This document shows positions 1 through 10,978 of a stretch of 64,000 bases of DNA, piece after piece (position 1 is the first letter of the stretch; each line of letters opens with the position of its first letter). A program made the position numbers and the translations under genes. The notes beneath the pieces were generated by a model, which searched no databases, was not told where the DNA came from, and was given only the letters and a program-made list of their open reading frames with translations. The stretch is from contig JAANOX010000153.1 in assembly GCA_020184695.1 (NCBI GenBank), forward strand, positions 372,001-436,000, in the 5' to 3' direction. Origin of the DNA: Histomonas meleagridis 2922-C6/04-290x (taxonomy: Eukaryota > Protista > Parabasalia).

Positions 1-13
1 CAAAATCGTCGTT

Positions 14-345
14 TCAATATTCCTTACAAACGAGGTCTAATGGCGTTTTTTTAGCGTTATTTAATTTTTCCTTATCTGCTCCATGTTCCAACAATAATTT
101 AAGTGCCTCATCTTTTCCGTATTTAGAAGCCCAATGTAATGACGTGCTACTTGCTTTATCAGGGTTGTTTACATCGATTTATTTATTATTTAAAAAGTAA
201 TCAAAAATTTGTAAATTATTATGTTGACCTGCAATATGAAGTGCGTTTTGTCCATTTTTATTTCCGACATTTATATCCATTTTACAAAATTCTATAAGAT
301 ATTTACCAACTAAAGACTTTCCATTTAATATATCTACATTTAATA
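14..345 (-). pseudogene. Conventional (contiguous) ankyrin-repeat gene relic, 3' part
   Basis: Minus-strand translation: ...MDINVGNKNGQNALHIAGQHNNLQIFDYFLNNK*IDVNNPDKASSTSLHWASKYGKDEALKLLLEHGADKEKLNNAKKTPLDLVCKEY*. One in-frame TAA at 179-181. The 5' boundary is approximate. Confidence 0.7.
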
Positions 346-581
346 ATATGTTACCCAAATATAAGATATAAGTTCATAAATTCTAAGAATGTTTTTTTTA
401 ACATTATAATATTTGTTTTCATCACTTTGTATTAAACATTTTGCTTCTAAACTACAGCCAATTTCTATAAGATTAAGTTATGGACATATATTAACATTAA
501 AAATTATCAAATTCACCTCATTCGTTATTTCAAATTTTATTTATTAATAACTAAAAGAAAATTAAATCGAATTTTTACTTT

Positions 582-3062
582 TTACTGCTCAACATCTTCG
601 ATATTCTTCAAGAACTTCTTTCCGTAATTTTCGTACTGCGGATATTTCAACAAATCCTTAAAGTATTGCTCGAATTCTTTTTTCATTTTCTCTTTATTTT
701 CAGGGAACGCGCTCATTACTACTGCCAAATTTATAATTCCCATTGTCAAGTTCGGGAATTCCCTCAAAATCTTTTTCATAATTTTTATGTATTCCAACAA
801 TTGCATCACCGGTTTAATTCTATAAATACCATCGACTAAAATTATCGAATTTTCATAAAGATTTTCGTCATTAATTTTCATCACTATATCGAAATATTTC
901 TCGAAGAATTTATCTTTGTCCAACATTTCGATAGTTTTCGGTAAAATTTTTAGACGTCTAAATAATGTTGTTAAAGTACTTAAAATGAATTTGTTTTCGG
1001 AACTTAATAACATATTTAACAAATTCACGAATGAAGACATTTGTGGTAATTCATTTCGAACTGATTGATAACATGAAATTATCAATAAAATTTTATAATT
1101 ATTTAACACATTAATTAACTCTTCGCGCATCCATTCGCGACATCTAAATAATGTTAACGCGATTTCTTCACTTTGCGATATGTAATTCATTAATATTAAA
1201 ATTCCTTTTCGATTAACTTTCGATACTTCAATTAACTTCGTTGTTATTAAATTCGAACAAATTTTAATTTCCGCTTTTAATAATAAACTGATTATATCAT
1301 TTTGTAAAATTGGATTTGTAATTTTATCAATTAATTCTTCAAAGTTAATATCAAACCATGGCTGATATAAATAAGATAATGCTCTAATCGCCATTTTACA
1401 AGTGTTTTCATTTTTATGATTCATATTATTAATGAAAAGTTTATAAATTTCATTCGATGTATATTGTACAATTTCATTAACTTTAATTATCGAATTATAC
1501 ATTACAACAATATAATCAGTCGAATATTTGGACTTTAAATATAATTCCGATTGTAAATAATACTCATTAATAAGTTTCATCATTTCTTCTTTCGATGGTA
1601 TTTCATTATTTAACATTAAATATAATAATATTAACATTTCTTTCGGTTTGTACGATATCAAATGTCGAAATTGTAAATTATATTTCGATGAAATAAATTC
1701 TTTATATCGAGTAAACAATTGATAAAATAGTTTAACTCCTTCTTTCTTAAGTTTGGTGGATGTCAATGGTAATTTAGAATAAAAATTCTTTTCTACAATT
1801 TTCGGTATTTCTTCTGGAAACTCTTTTAATGTCTTCCGAATATATTTAACAATAATTTCAAGTTGTTCAACTTTCGCTGTCTCTTCTTGAGCAGCTTTAA
1901 CTAACGCATCTAAAAATTGATCTTCTTCATATTCTTTCCCAAGTTGTGGAAACATTTTAACAACTGTTTCTTCTAATCGTTTGTAATGTGGATTCACAAG
2001 CTTCTCAATGTACAATGGCTTCTCTTCTTCCTCTAATACAATTCCTTGTTCTTGATCTTGTTTCTGAAGTTTTTGGATGAGCGCTTCAACATCTACAAAC
2101 GTTTTGGCATTAACCTTTTGGACTCCATTACGCTTTTCAATTTCTGTTTGAATCTTTTTGTACATTTTCTTCACTTTTGCTTTGTCCGTTTTAGGAAAAC
2201 ATATTTTGCCAGAAACTATCATTTGCACAATTTGGGTAAATGATGGACGTAAACTGGCTTTATATGAGGTGCATAACTCAATGAACTTTTTGAGTTCTTT
2301 TGGAGTATCTTTGGAAAATTGTAAAATCGTGGTCGCACTCGAAAGTTGTTCTAAGAAGTTTTCAGAGTCATAGTTGTAAAATGGTTGGGTCCCTTCAACC
2401 ATTTCGTAGACAACAAGGCCAAATGAATATACATCGACTTTATTTGTATAGACATGTGAACTTGCTAATTCGGGAGCCATAAAGAATTTAGTTCCACAGC
2501 GCATTGACATGCGATCGGCGTTGTATGGGCGTGCTATACCAAAATCACAAACTCGTGGTAATAATTTTTCATCTAATAAGATGTTACTTGATTTTAAGTC
2601 ACGATGAATAATACCCTTCTTGTGGATTTCTTCCATGGCAGAGGCTATACATAACATTATAGTGGTCATATGTGTGGGTGATACATTTTTCCGATTTCCT
2701 TTTTGTTGACAATATACTAAATCACGTAATGACCCACCACTCATATATTTGGTAATAATAGAATAAGGTCGGTCAATTGAAAAACCAACTATATTGACAA
2801 TGAATGGATGATTTGTTAAAAGCATTGTATAAATTTCACGTATGTAGCTTTTGAGATTGTTGCCTTCAAGGCGCTTCCCTAGAATTTCTTTGACTGCTAC
2901 ACGTTGGCCTGTTTTTATATCAGTTCCAACCCATACAACACCAAAGCCTCCTTTACCAATCTGTTTATCGCACTTAAAGTCATTGGCATCTCTTACAAAA
3001 CTTGGAAATATTCTTGCAAGATCATATATGTTCTTGGGCTTTTGAGTGGGCGGTCTTTCCAT
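582..3062 (-). CDS. TKL-like Ser/Thr/Tyr protein kinase with long helical (ARM/HEAT-like) C-terminus
   Basis: GKGGFG, VAVK, HRDLKSSN, DFG and APE motifs intact in an 826-aa ORF. Confidence 0.9.
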   Translation of the reverse strand: MERPPTQKPKNIYDLARIFPSFVRDANDFKCDKQIGKGGFGVVWVGTDIKTGQRVAVKEILGKRLEGNNLKSYIREIYTMLLTNHPFIVNIVGFSIDRPYSIITKYMSGGSLRDLVYCQQKGNRKNVSPTHMTTIMLCIASAMEEIHKKGIIHRDLKSSNILLDEKLLPRVCDFGIARPYNADRMSMRCGTKFFMAPELASSHVYTNKVDVYSFGLVVYEMVEGTQPFYNYDSENFLEQLSSATTILQFSKDTPKELKKFIELCTSYKASLRPSFTQIVQMIVSGKICFPKTDKAKVKKMYKKIQTEIEKRNGVQKVNAKTFVDVEALIQKLQKQDQEQGIVLEEEEKPLYIEKLVNPHYKRLEETVVKMFPQLGKEYEEDQFLDALVKAAQEETAKVEQLEIIVKYIRKTLKEFPEEIPKIVEKNFYSKLPLTSTKLKKEGVKLFYQLFTRYKEFISSKYNLQFRHLISYKPKEMLILLYLMLNNEIPSKEEMMKLINEYYLQSELYLKSKYSTDYIVVMYNSIIKVNEIVQYTSNEIYKLFINNMNHKNENTCKMAIRALSYLYQPWFDINFEELIDKITNPILQNDIISLLLKAEIKICSNLITTKLIEVSKVNRKGILILMNYISQSEEIALTLFRCREWMREELINVLNNYKILLIISCYQSVRNELPQMSSFVNLLNMLLSSENKFILSTLTTLFRRLKILPKTIEMLDKDKFFEKYFDIVMKINDENLYENSIILVDGIYRIKPVMQLLEYIKIMKKILREFPNLTMGIINLAVVMSAFPENKEKMKKEFEQYFKDLLKYPQYENYGKKFLKNIEDVEQ

Positions 3063-3210
3063 TTTTATTTTTGAACAGTTTAAATTATTAAACCGTTCAC
3101 CAATTTTCTGCTATCTCATTTTAATGCCATTTTAGGTCAAGATATTTTAAGAGTAAAAATTTTAATCGATTGGAATTTATCCCGGGTTTTTTGGAACTTC
3201 ATTTTTTTTC

Positions 3211-3612
3211 ATGCCAGCTAAAAAAGGTGTTAAGAAAACAGCTACAAAGACAGCAGTCGATGGAGAACGTGCTCATCCAAAGACAAGATCAAGTCGTGCA
3301 GGACTTCAATTCCCAGTTGGTCGTTTACATCGTTTCCTTCGTGAAGGTCGTTATGGTGACCGTGTTGGTGCAGGCGCACCAGTATTTATGGCAGCAGTTC
3401 TAGAATATCTTACAGTAGAAGTTTTAGAACTTGCAGGAAATGCAGCACGTGATAACAAGAAGACAAGAATTTCACCACGTCATATCATGCTTGCAATTCG
3501 CAATGATGAAGAATTGAATCAACTTCTTTCGAATATCACGATTGCATCTGCAGGTGTTGTTCCACATATTCACAAAGTTCTTCTCGGACAAACAAAGAAG
3601 AAGGAGGAATAA
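3211..3612 (+). CDS. H2A: Histone H2A
   Basis: [46 protein letters not shown]; divergently transcribed from the kinase across 148 bp. Confidence 0.98.
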   Translation: MPAKKGVKKTATKTAVDGERAHPKTRSSRAGLQFPVGRLHRFLREGRYGDRVGAGAPVFMAAVLEYLTVEVLELAGNAARDNKKTRISPRHIMLAIRNDEELNQLLSNITIASAGVVPHIHKVLLGQTKKKEE

Positions 3613-3860
3613 ATAAATATTAGGTTTGTATAAAATCTCTTCGATACAAGCACTCGAGCGAAGGGTTAATTAAACCACAATTATTTCCCACAATTTCTGT
3701 GCAATTTTGCCTCAAAAGTAAAATTAATCGATGAAAATTCATTCAATTTTCTTTTATAGCAAAACTGTTTTTGTCTCAAATCTCTTGCCAAGCTGCTAAT
3801 TATCTCCCTTAAAAAGTTATGCTTTTCAAAGGAACCACAAGCTGTGTTTCACCTCACTTG

Positions 3861-5396
3861 ATGCTTGCATCTGAGTTTTCAGTCCAAACACCCAATGTAT
3901 CACAAGATGGTGATGCAATGATCTCTAACTATGATTATCAAACACAAAAAGTTACCACAACAGCTGATGGAAAAGCAATCATTGAACCAGTTACAAAGAA
4001 ATTCCAATTTAAGACCATTACCAAGGTTCCAAAAACTGGTGTCATGATCATTGGTCTTGGTGGTAACAATGGTACAACTTTAACAGCAGGCGTTTTAGCT
4101 AATAAACATAAATTAACTTGGGAAACAAAACGTGGCGTACAATCAGCTAACTACTATGGCTCATTAACACAATGCTCTACAACATACTTAGGCGATGATC
4201 AAAATGGTAAACAAATTGTTGCACCATTCAAAGATCTTCTTCCAATGGTATCACCTAATGATTTGGTCATTTCAGGTTGGGATATTAGCGATGCTGATAT
4301 GCTTACTGCTGTTAAGCGTGCCCATGTTATGGAACCAGGTTTATACCATCAAATAGAAGATGAATTAAAGGCAATGAAACCACTTCCAGCTGCCTTTGAT
4401 CTTTCCTTTGTTGCTCCTAACCAAAAGGAACGAGCTAACAATGTTCTCAAAGGAACCAAACAAGAAGTTCTTGATCAACTTCGTAAGCAAATGCGTGATT
4501 TCAAAGAACAAAACAATCTTGGCCAAGTCATAATCCTATGGTCTGCTAATACCGAACGCTACTCAGAAATCACACCAGGCGTTCATGATACACCAGAAAA
4601 TCTTTTGAAGGCTGTTGCTGAAGGGCACCCCGAAATATCACCATCCACATTATATGCATTAGCAGCCATTGAAGAAGGCTTTCCATACATCAATGGATCG
4701 CCACAAAATACTTTTGTTCCAGGCCTTGTTCAATATGCTGTTCAAAAGAAAGCAATTATTATGGGAGATGATTTCAAGACAGGTCAAACTAAGTTCAAGA
4801 CAGTTGTCTCTGATTTCTTAATTTCATCTGGACTTAAACTCACAGCAGTTACCTCATATAATCATTTAGGTAATAATGATGGACTTAACTTATCATTCGA
4901 AGCATGCTTTAGATCAAAGCAAATCTCAAAGGCATCTGTTATTGATGACATGGTTAAACTTAATCCAATATTATATGCGCCAGGAGAACACCCAGACCAC
5001 ATCGTTGTCATCAAATACGTAAAAAGTGTCGGCGACTCTAAACGTGCTCTCGATGAATATGACTCAAAGATCTTCTGTGGTGGCGAAAACATAATTTCAA
5101 CACATAATACATGTGAAGATTCATTGCTTGCTGCACCATTAATGTTGGATCTTGTTGTATTAATGGAATTATGCACAAGAATTTACATCAAAGATGAAAC
5201 AATGAAAGACTTCGAACATTTCCATAGTGTTATGTCAATACTTTCATTCTTGTTAAAGGCTCCCCAAGTACCACCTGGTACACCAGTCATTAATTCATTG
5301 TTCCAACAAAGAGCCTGCATCGAAAACATCTTCAGGGCTTGCAGAGGACTTCAACCAATCAATCACATGCACTTAGAATATAAAATGCCAAAATAA
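3861..5396 (+). CDS. INO1: Myo-inositol-1-phosphate (inositol-3-phosphate) synthase
   Basis: GLGGNNG, LWSANTER, NGSPQNT, GDDFKTGQTK, SYNHLGNNDG motifs. ATG 3861 chosen because TCACTT (Inr-like) precedes it; the ORF is open from 3819. Confidence 0.95.
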   Translation: MLASEFSVQTPNVSQDGDAMISNYDYQTQKVTTTADGKAIIEPVTKKFQFKTITKVPKTGVMIIGLGGNNGTTLTAGVLANKHKLTWETKRGVQSANYYGSLTQCSTTYLGDDQNGKQIVAPFKDLLPMVSPNDLVISGWDISDADMLTAVKRAHVMEPGLYHQIEDELKAMKPLPAAFDLSFVAPNQKERANNVLKGTKQEVLDQLRKQMRDFKEQNNLGQVIILWSANTERYSEITPGVHDTPENLLKAVAEGHPEISPSTLYALAAIEEGFPYINGSPQNTFVPGLVQYAVQKKAIIMGDDFKTGQTKFKTVVSDFLISSGLKLTAVTSYNHLGNNDGLNLSFEACFRSKQISKASVIDDMVKLNPILYAPGEHPDHIVVIKYVKSVGDSKRALDEYDSKIFCGGENIISTHNTCEDSLLAAPLMLDLVVLMELCTRIYIKDETMKDFEHFHSVMSILSFLLKAPQVPPGTPVINSLFQQRACIENIFRACRGLQPINHMHLEYKMPK

Positions 5397-5578
5397 ATTT
5401 TTGAATGATTGAACCATTTTTTGTTTTTTTATTTACTGCTTATGAAAATTTCTTAATATGAATTTCGTTCCTGAGAACTTTTGGTCATATTTCATTTAAT
5501 TTTATTACATTAATATCCGCTTAAAAATAGAATTCCTTATGTAATTTAATCATTATATATTGTAATAGTTAAACCACT

Positions 5579-5969
5579 TCAATATGCAACAGGGAAGTTG
5601 GCTGAGGTTTTTGTGTTACCTATTGATGAAGTGAACTTTTCGATACCTGCCATTGCTAATAATAACCAACAATTCAGATCCACGTGCAGCTGGAATGAGT
5701 CTGACACATACTGATCCACATTTACCAGTAGCTGTATTTGGTACTGGTGTGGTTGACTAATTTTGTTACCACAGTAACAACTAATAATTGAGAGAATGGA
5801 AAGCTTGGCAGATGTTAAAGCATGCACCTTTGGTATTTGAAACTTCTGCAGAGGTTTTTCTATTATGTGTTGGAGCTTCAGACTTGAACAAAAGGGTGAC
5901 CTTAAAAAATCGTTTGTTTTGTACTTGGGAAATACGAAATAAGTCATTGGTTATCGAAATTTTGTCCAT
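5579..5969 (-). pseudogene. RPS2: 40S ribosomal protein S2 (uS5) pseudogene fragment
   Basis: uS5 segments are scattered over frames: AKLSI..CYCGNKISQPH, TGKCGSVCVRLIPAARGS, LAMAGIEKFTSSIGNTKTSANF. Multiple frameshifts/stops. Confidence 0.8.
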
Positions 5970-6064
5970 GATAGCAAACTAATTTTAAAATGCTGCCTAC
6001 GCAGGCAGGTAACTTGTTATCGATCATTTAAAAAATGTAAAGCCGAAATTCTATTTATTAATAA

Positions 6065-6298
6065 TTAACAATAATTGAAAAATTGTTCTATGACTCGAAT
6101 AAATTCTGTAAGCAATACTATCCCATCTTCTTTGACATTCATTAAATCACAGATATTGTCCAATTCGATATCATCAATTTCCCTTCCATTAAGATCACGT
6201 AAACAATTTTTGAGCTGCTGTTTTGTAATTTTTCCTGTTTTTTCTGTGTCATATTGATTAAAAACTTGTGTAATTGCTTCTGCATTTCTCACACTCAT
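6065..6298 (-). CDS. Small EF-hand (calmodulin-like) protein
   Basis: FNQYDTEKTGKITKQQL canonical EF loop plus a second degenerate EF hand. Confidence 0.8.
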   Translation of the reverse strand: MSVRNAEAITQVFNQYDTEKTGKITKQQLKNCLRDLNGREIDDIELDNICDLMNVKEDGIVLLTEFIRVIEQFFNYC

Positions 6299-6365
6299 TA
6301 CAATGAAATGTGAAATGAAAATGTTCTAAGCCAAAAAACAAAAATTTAAAAAAATTGAAATTGTT

Positions 6366-6698
6366 TTACTCCTTCTTTTCAGTTTGAAGGCCTTTGAATG
6401 TTGGAACATCAACATATGAGGCTGTTGTGAACATATTGCCATTATCATCTGCCTTTCTTTCAAAAAGAACACGGACACGTGCTGGTGGGTTGGCCCTGCT
6501 TCTATACCAAATACGGCTGTTAAGTTCTTGGTCAATTTTAACATCCTTTGTTCCCATTAAGGTTTGTCCAGTTTTGACAATTTGCTTGATGGCGTTTTGT
6601 GCCTTAAGCTTACGGCGGGAGTTGTAAACAAGTTTTTGGATATGGATTGTTGTTTCAATCTTCTTTGGTTCTTGAGGCTTGTTGTGGAAAAGAGGCAT
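6366..6698 (-). CDS. RPL31: 60S ribosomal protein L31 (eL31)
   Basis: TIHIQKLV..KAQNAIK, GTKDVKIDQELNSRIW, NPPARVRV. Confidence 0.93.
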   Translation of the reverse strand: MPLFHNKPQEPKKIETTIHIQKLVYNSRRKLKAQNAIKQIVKTGQTLMGTKDVKIDQELNSRIWYRSRANPPARVRVLFERKADDNGNMFTTASYVDVPTFKGLQTEKKE

Positions 6699-6711
6699 TG
6701 TTGGAATGCAA

Positions 6712-6731
6712 AAAGGAAGACCAAAACCGTT
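6712..6731 (-). promoter_or_regulatory. Trichomonad core-promoter-like motifs (CCTTT M5-like; AACGGTT M3/Myb-like) upstream of RPL31
   Basis: Minus strand reads AACGGTTTTGGTCTTCCTTTTTGCATTCCAACAATG. CCTTT also precedes the RPL22 ATG. Both motif classes are described for T. vaginalis promoters. Confidence 0.5.
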
Positions 6732-6826
6732 TGATTTGACTTATCTCTGTTCGAACATTCGGGGGTACCCATTAAACGTTCAAAAAAGGATAAGCACTTT
6801 TAATTGAATTTTTGCCAAATTAAAAA

Positions 6827-7285
6827 ATGGAAAACACTACTTCAAGCGGAAGACTAACATCACTCGGGTATTCCAAGGAGGAATGGTTTGTGTTTTGCGG
6901 CGATATATTCTTCTTCTACGTCGTTTTTCTCTGGCCTGCAATTAAAACAATGGGTGTCTTAAAAAATAGGACGAGACACTTTGGAAGATGGTCTATGTAC
7001 TGGATTGGAATTCCACCAATTATGATATTTTATTATATATTTCATTTCTTCCTCCGAAAATGGGTACTTTTTGCATTCATTGAAGCAATCGTAGGAATTA
7101 TTCTCACCTTTAATAATGGGTTATTGGTACAAAATTTCACACTCTACGTTGTTGCTCCAATTTATCGAAAATACTTTAATGAAATTAAAAGAGTTCCAGA
7201 TTATTTCAGCCGTTTGATGAAGCGCGTTGTTAAGATTCCATTTACGGTAGCTGATACTTTCTTTACAAGAGCAAAGAAGGATTGA
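6827..7285 (+). CDS. TB2/DP1/HVA22 (REEP/Yop1)-like membrane protein
   Basis: LWPAIKT...WSMYW pattern and hydrophobic hairpins. Confidence 0.6.
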   Translation: MENTTSSGRLTSLGYSKEEWFVFCGDIFFFYVVFLWPAIKTMGVLKNRTRHFGRWSMYWIGIPPIMIFYYIFHFFLRKWVLFAFIEAIVGIILTFNNGLLVQNFTLYVVAPIYRKYFNEIKRVPDYFSRLMKRVVKIPFTVADTFFTRAKKD

Positions 7286-7453
7286 AGTATTTGAAATTAA
7301 TGAATAAATTTTCAAAAAAGTATGCAATAATTTTCTTTTATACTTTTTTTTAGCAACTTTCTTACATTACACTACATGACACAACAGGACATATTCAGAT
7401 TGTCGACTCATTTGAAAATTAAGTATACAAAAAATTGCCCAAGAATTTGTTAT

Positions 7454-7774
7454 TTACTCTTTGGATGTTGGTCCGTATGTACGGAGTTCGTATGTATCTT
7501 TAGCTGTTGAGATAACCCTATAACGTTCGTGGAATCCTTGCTTTTGAAGGAACTTACGGGCATAATAACGAACAGCACGCTTTGAGTACTTAACATTGCA
7601 GTTGATAACAATCTTGTTTTCTTTAGCATCAGCTTCGATTGTAATCTTATTCTTAAGGTTGTTAACAAGCTTGTTAACTTTCATCTTCTTTTGAAGATAT
7701 TCGACAAAGTCTTGAAGTGAGAAAACCTTGTCTGAGATTGGTGATGCGCAATCGATCTTGAAAACACCAGGCAT
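7454..7774 (-). CDS. RPL22: 60S ribosomal protein L22 (eL22)
   Basis: FKIDCASP, KMKVN..NNL, YSKRAVRYYARKFL, YRVIS...YELR. The start at MPG is preceded by CCTTT; an alternative ATG lies at 7786. Confidence 0.9.
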   Translation of the reverse strand: MPGVFKIDCASPISDKVFSLQDFVEYLQKKMKVNKLVNNLKNKITIEADAKENKIVINCNVKYSKRAVRYYARKFLQKQGFHERYRVISTAKDTYELRTYGPTSKE

Positions 7775-8335
7775 GAGAAAGGCCATTCCTCTCAAATTTC
7801 AGAACAATACGGTTTTATTATGAGCACTTTTTGAATTTTATGACATGTGATTTGAAAAATACATACGAGCCATTTTGATGAATGATGAATGATGAATGAT
7901 GTTTTTGATTCATTCAATAACAAAATATAATTTAGCCTTTGAAATTATACCAATCTATGTTATCTGATTTATGTTCCCTTTTCTTTATGGTAAGCAAAGA
8001 AATTCCATTAGAATTTGGCATTTTTATGTATTCAAATTTATTATGATTTTGAATAGTTTTGATTGTTCTTCTTGTAAACAAGTTAAATTTGACTAAACCT
8101 TTCAATTTTTTCTGATGTGAAAGACATGGAATCCAAATTTATCAAACCTTTCTGGCAATTGGAATTGATATAAATGACATAGCTTTTCCAAATGCCTTTA
8201 ATGAAAACAAAATTTAATCTTTTCATAAACTTATTTTGTAACCAAAATAATGTTTATGTCTTTGTTCTTGATGTGAATATATCTTTACCATAAACATGAA
8301 AAGTGACAGTGTCATACGTTCATCCAGGCCAGACC

Positions 8336-10186
8336 ATGGAAAAATCCCAAGATACAAAAAAAGAAACATCACCAGCATCTGGATTTTATTCTAAAATTAC
8401 CTCAAATATGATTGGCCCACCAAGGAAAATTTTTTTTGATGATTTTAAATATGGAATTTGTGGATTTAATAATCTTGGAAATACATGTTTTTTCAACTCT
8501 GGTATTCAATGTTTAATTCATACAAGGGAATTAATGAAGTATTTTCTTTCTAGTGAAGGAACTTGGAAAAAAGAATTGAATCCTTCAAATCCAATTGGAA
8601 TGAAAGGAGAACTTGCAACAAGCTTTGCTTCTCTTTGTTCACGTTATTGGAGTGGTAGAGATTCCACTATTTCACCATCTGATCTTAAATATGTCATTGG
8701 CAAATATGTTCCACAATTTTCAGGTTTTGGTCAACAAGATTCTCATGAGCTAATCACGTTTATTCTTGATGGTCTTCATGAAGATCTTAACAGGTGTGTT
8801 AAGAAACCAATTGTACAATCAATTGATGGTGATGGATCAAATGATGAAATAGTTGCAATGGAAGCATGGCGCCGTCACAAAGCACGGAATGACAGTATCA
8901 TTGTCGACTTATTTTGCGGGCAACTTCGCTCAGAATTAATTTGCCCAATGTGCCGGAAATTAACGGTCGTTTTTGATCCATATATGTCGTTATCGCTTCC
9001 AATACAGAATCCACACTTACGCACGTATCACTTTAGCTATGTCCCGGCCGATTTCAACTCAGATTATGAGGAATTTGAAATTGCTATTTCTGATGTTGAT
9101 AAATCTGATGTAAAACTTGAAGAGAAATTTGGTAAACGTGTTGTGCCATTTTCACTTCCAAGTGTTAAAGGTTCGTCTTTTGTTATTGGGATGTCAGATC
9201 AAACGAAAGCAAATTATTTTGTTCTCGAAATTCCAGATGTTAATAAGAAATATATCCCATGCGTTCCATGCCAAAATTATACTGAAATGTACGTCGGATT
9301 ACAGAAACAAGTTCTTTCTGCTCCAATTTTAATTGAAGTTGATTCATTTGATATATCTGAGGAAGAAATTGAACAAAAATGTTGTGAATACTTTGACTTC
9401 CTTTTAGGAGATAATCCTGTTCGGAAGCAAGCAACATCTTCTATGGTCACATTTAAGAAATCATTTGCATATAGCAGAGAAAAATTTGGAGATTCCAAGA
9501 AAATATTAGTGAAACCTAAAGTAGGCTCATTAGGTGGCACTATTGGTACCATTACTCCTCATGAGAAATATCCCATGATTGCGTCTGAAGTATTTCACTT
9601 GTTTTTCAAGCCTGACATTATTGAAAAAAGTGACTTCCCATTGGGAACTTTACTTCAGCACTTTTCGAACGTTTCTGCCAGTGTATCGTTCTATACCAAA
9701 AACAGAAAAGTGACACTTGATGAATGTTTCAAATACTTTTCAACGAGTGAAACATTAGATGAGAACAATAAATGGTACTGTCCGAACTGCAAACAATTTG
9801 TGTGTGCAACGAAGAAAATGGACATATGGAATGTACCAGATATATTAATCATTCAACTCAAAAGATTTAAAACTACACGAAAACTTGACAGTGATGTCAA
9901 TTTCCCGAGTAATTTTAATATGAGTGATTATATTCGCGGGCCACAAAATGAAAATAAAATGATTTATCGATTGTATGCTGTGAGTGAACATATGGGTGGA
10001 CTTGGCGGAGGACATTACACTGCGCATGCACTCGTGTCCAATCGAAAGTTTGAGGAAGAAGGCGGGAAATGGTATTATTTTAATGATTCTACCGTCCATA
10101 AAGCGAAGGAAAGCGAAGCGCACTCTTCAAATGCATATATATTGTTTTATGAAAGAATTAATGATTCAAAAATAGATGATGAATAG
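8336..10186 (+). CDS. Ubiquitin C-terminal hydrolase, USP/C19 family
   Basis: Cys box GFNNLGNTCFFNS, QQDSHE, WYCPNC, His box HMGGLGGGHYTA, WYYFNDS, AYILFY. Confidence 0.93.
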   Translation: MEKSQDTKKETSPASGFYSKITSNMIGPPRKIFFDDFKYGICGFNNLGNTCFFNSGIQCLIHTRELMKYFLSSEGTWKKELNPSNPIGMKGELATSFASLCSRYWSGRDSTISPSDLKYVIGKYVPQFSGFGQQDSHELITFILDGLHEDLNRCVKKPIVQSIDGDGSNDEIVAMEAWRRHKARNDSIIVDLFCGQLRSELICPMCRKLTVVFDPYMSLSLPIQNPHLRTYHFSYVPADFNSDYEEFEIAISDVDKSDVKLEEKFGKRVVPFSLPSVKGSSFVIGMSDQTKANYFVLEIPDVNKKYIPCVPCQNYTEMYVGLQKQVLSAPILIEVDSFDISEEEIEQKCCEYFDFLLGDNPVRKQATSSMVTFKKSFAYSREKFGDSKKILVKPKVGSLGGTIGTITPHEKYPMIASEVFHLFFKPDIIEKSDFPLGTLLQHFSNVSASVSFYTKNRKVTLDECFKYFSTSETLDENNKWYCPNCKQFVCATKKMDIWNVPDILIIQLKRFKTTRKLDSDVNFPSNFNMSDYIRGPQNENKMIYRLYAVSEHMGGLGGGHYTAHALVSNRKFEEEGGKWYYFNDSTVHKAKESEAHSSNAYILFYERINDSKIDDE

Positions 10187-10978
10187 TAAATAGATATTAT
10201 ATTTTGCGTTTGTTTTATTTGATGTGTTGTTCGATGTCTCTTTCATCCAGAACAGTAATGTTTATATTTTCTCATTGTGTTGTAACATTTACTATAAACT
10301 TTATCTGAGCTCAAATTATATTTTGTGTAATTACATACAATTAAAACATAAACATTTGATTTTACTTTTGTTATTAATAAAAAGTTTTGGAATTTCTTTG
10401 AGATGTCATTTTCCTTATGATATCAAAAACATAATATGAAAGAATAATTTTAAAACAAATTCTCTTTATACTCCACAATGAATTTTTTATTGACGCAGTG
10501 AAAAACTATCTATTTTGATAAAAATATCATTTTCATAGAAGCTTTTTTCAACCTATAAAAAAAGCATATATATTCATACCAAGTTTAATGATAAATATGA
10601 TGTAATATCAATGCATTTCACCCACAATGCCATATTGAAGAATCTATCGTTTAAAGGCTATCGTTTTTAACAATTTCCAATTTGATGCAATTGTAAAAGT
10701 TAAAATCTTCTGCATTATAGGCAACCAATACCTTCTAGTGCAAGGATCCATATATAATTTGAATGAAAGTAGACAGTATTTCGTTATGTATACATTTTTT
10801 CACGATTTCTTTATTTGTTAATCAAAATGCATTATGATATTTCGACGAAAATGAACTAAAAGTATCGAAAATTAATAACTTTATGAATTCTTTCTATTTC
10901 AAACGTGGAAATTATCGAAATTTTTATTATATATATATAATCTAATTTTTATTCATTATGATTCTATTAACATAAAAC

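Noticed and set aside
7860-8330. Possible decayed N-terminal (DUSP/UBL) extension of the USP gene
   Set aside because: Only vague coding-like fragments with stops; no convincing motif.
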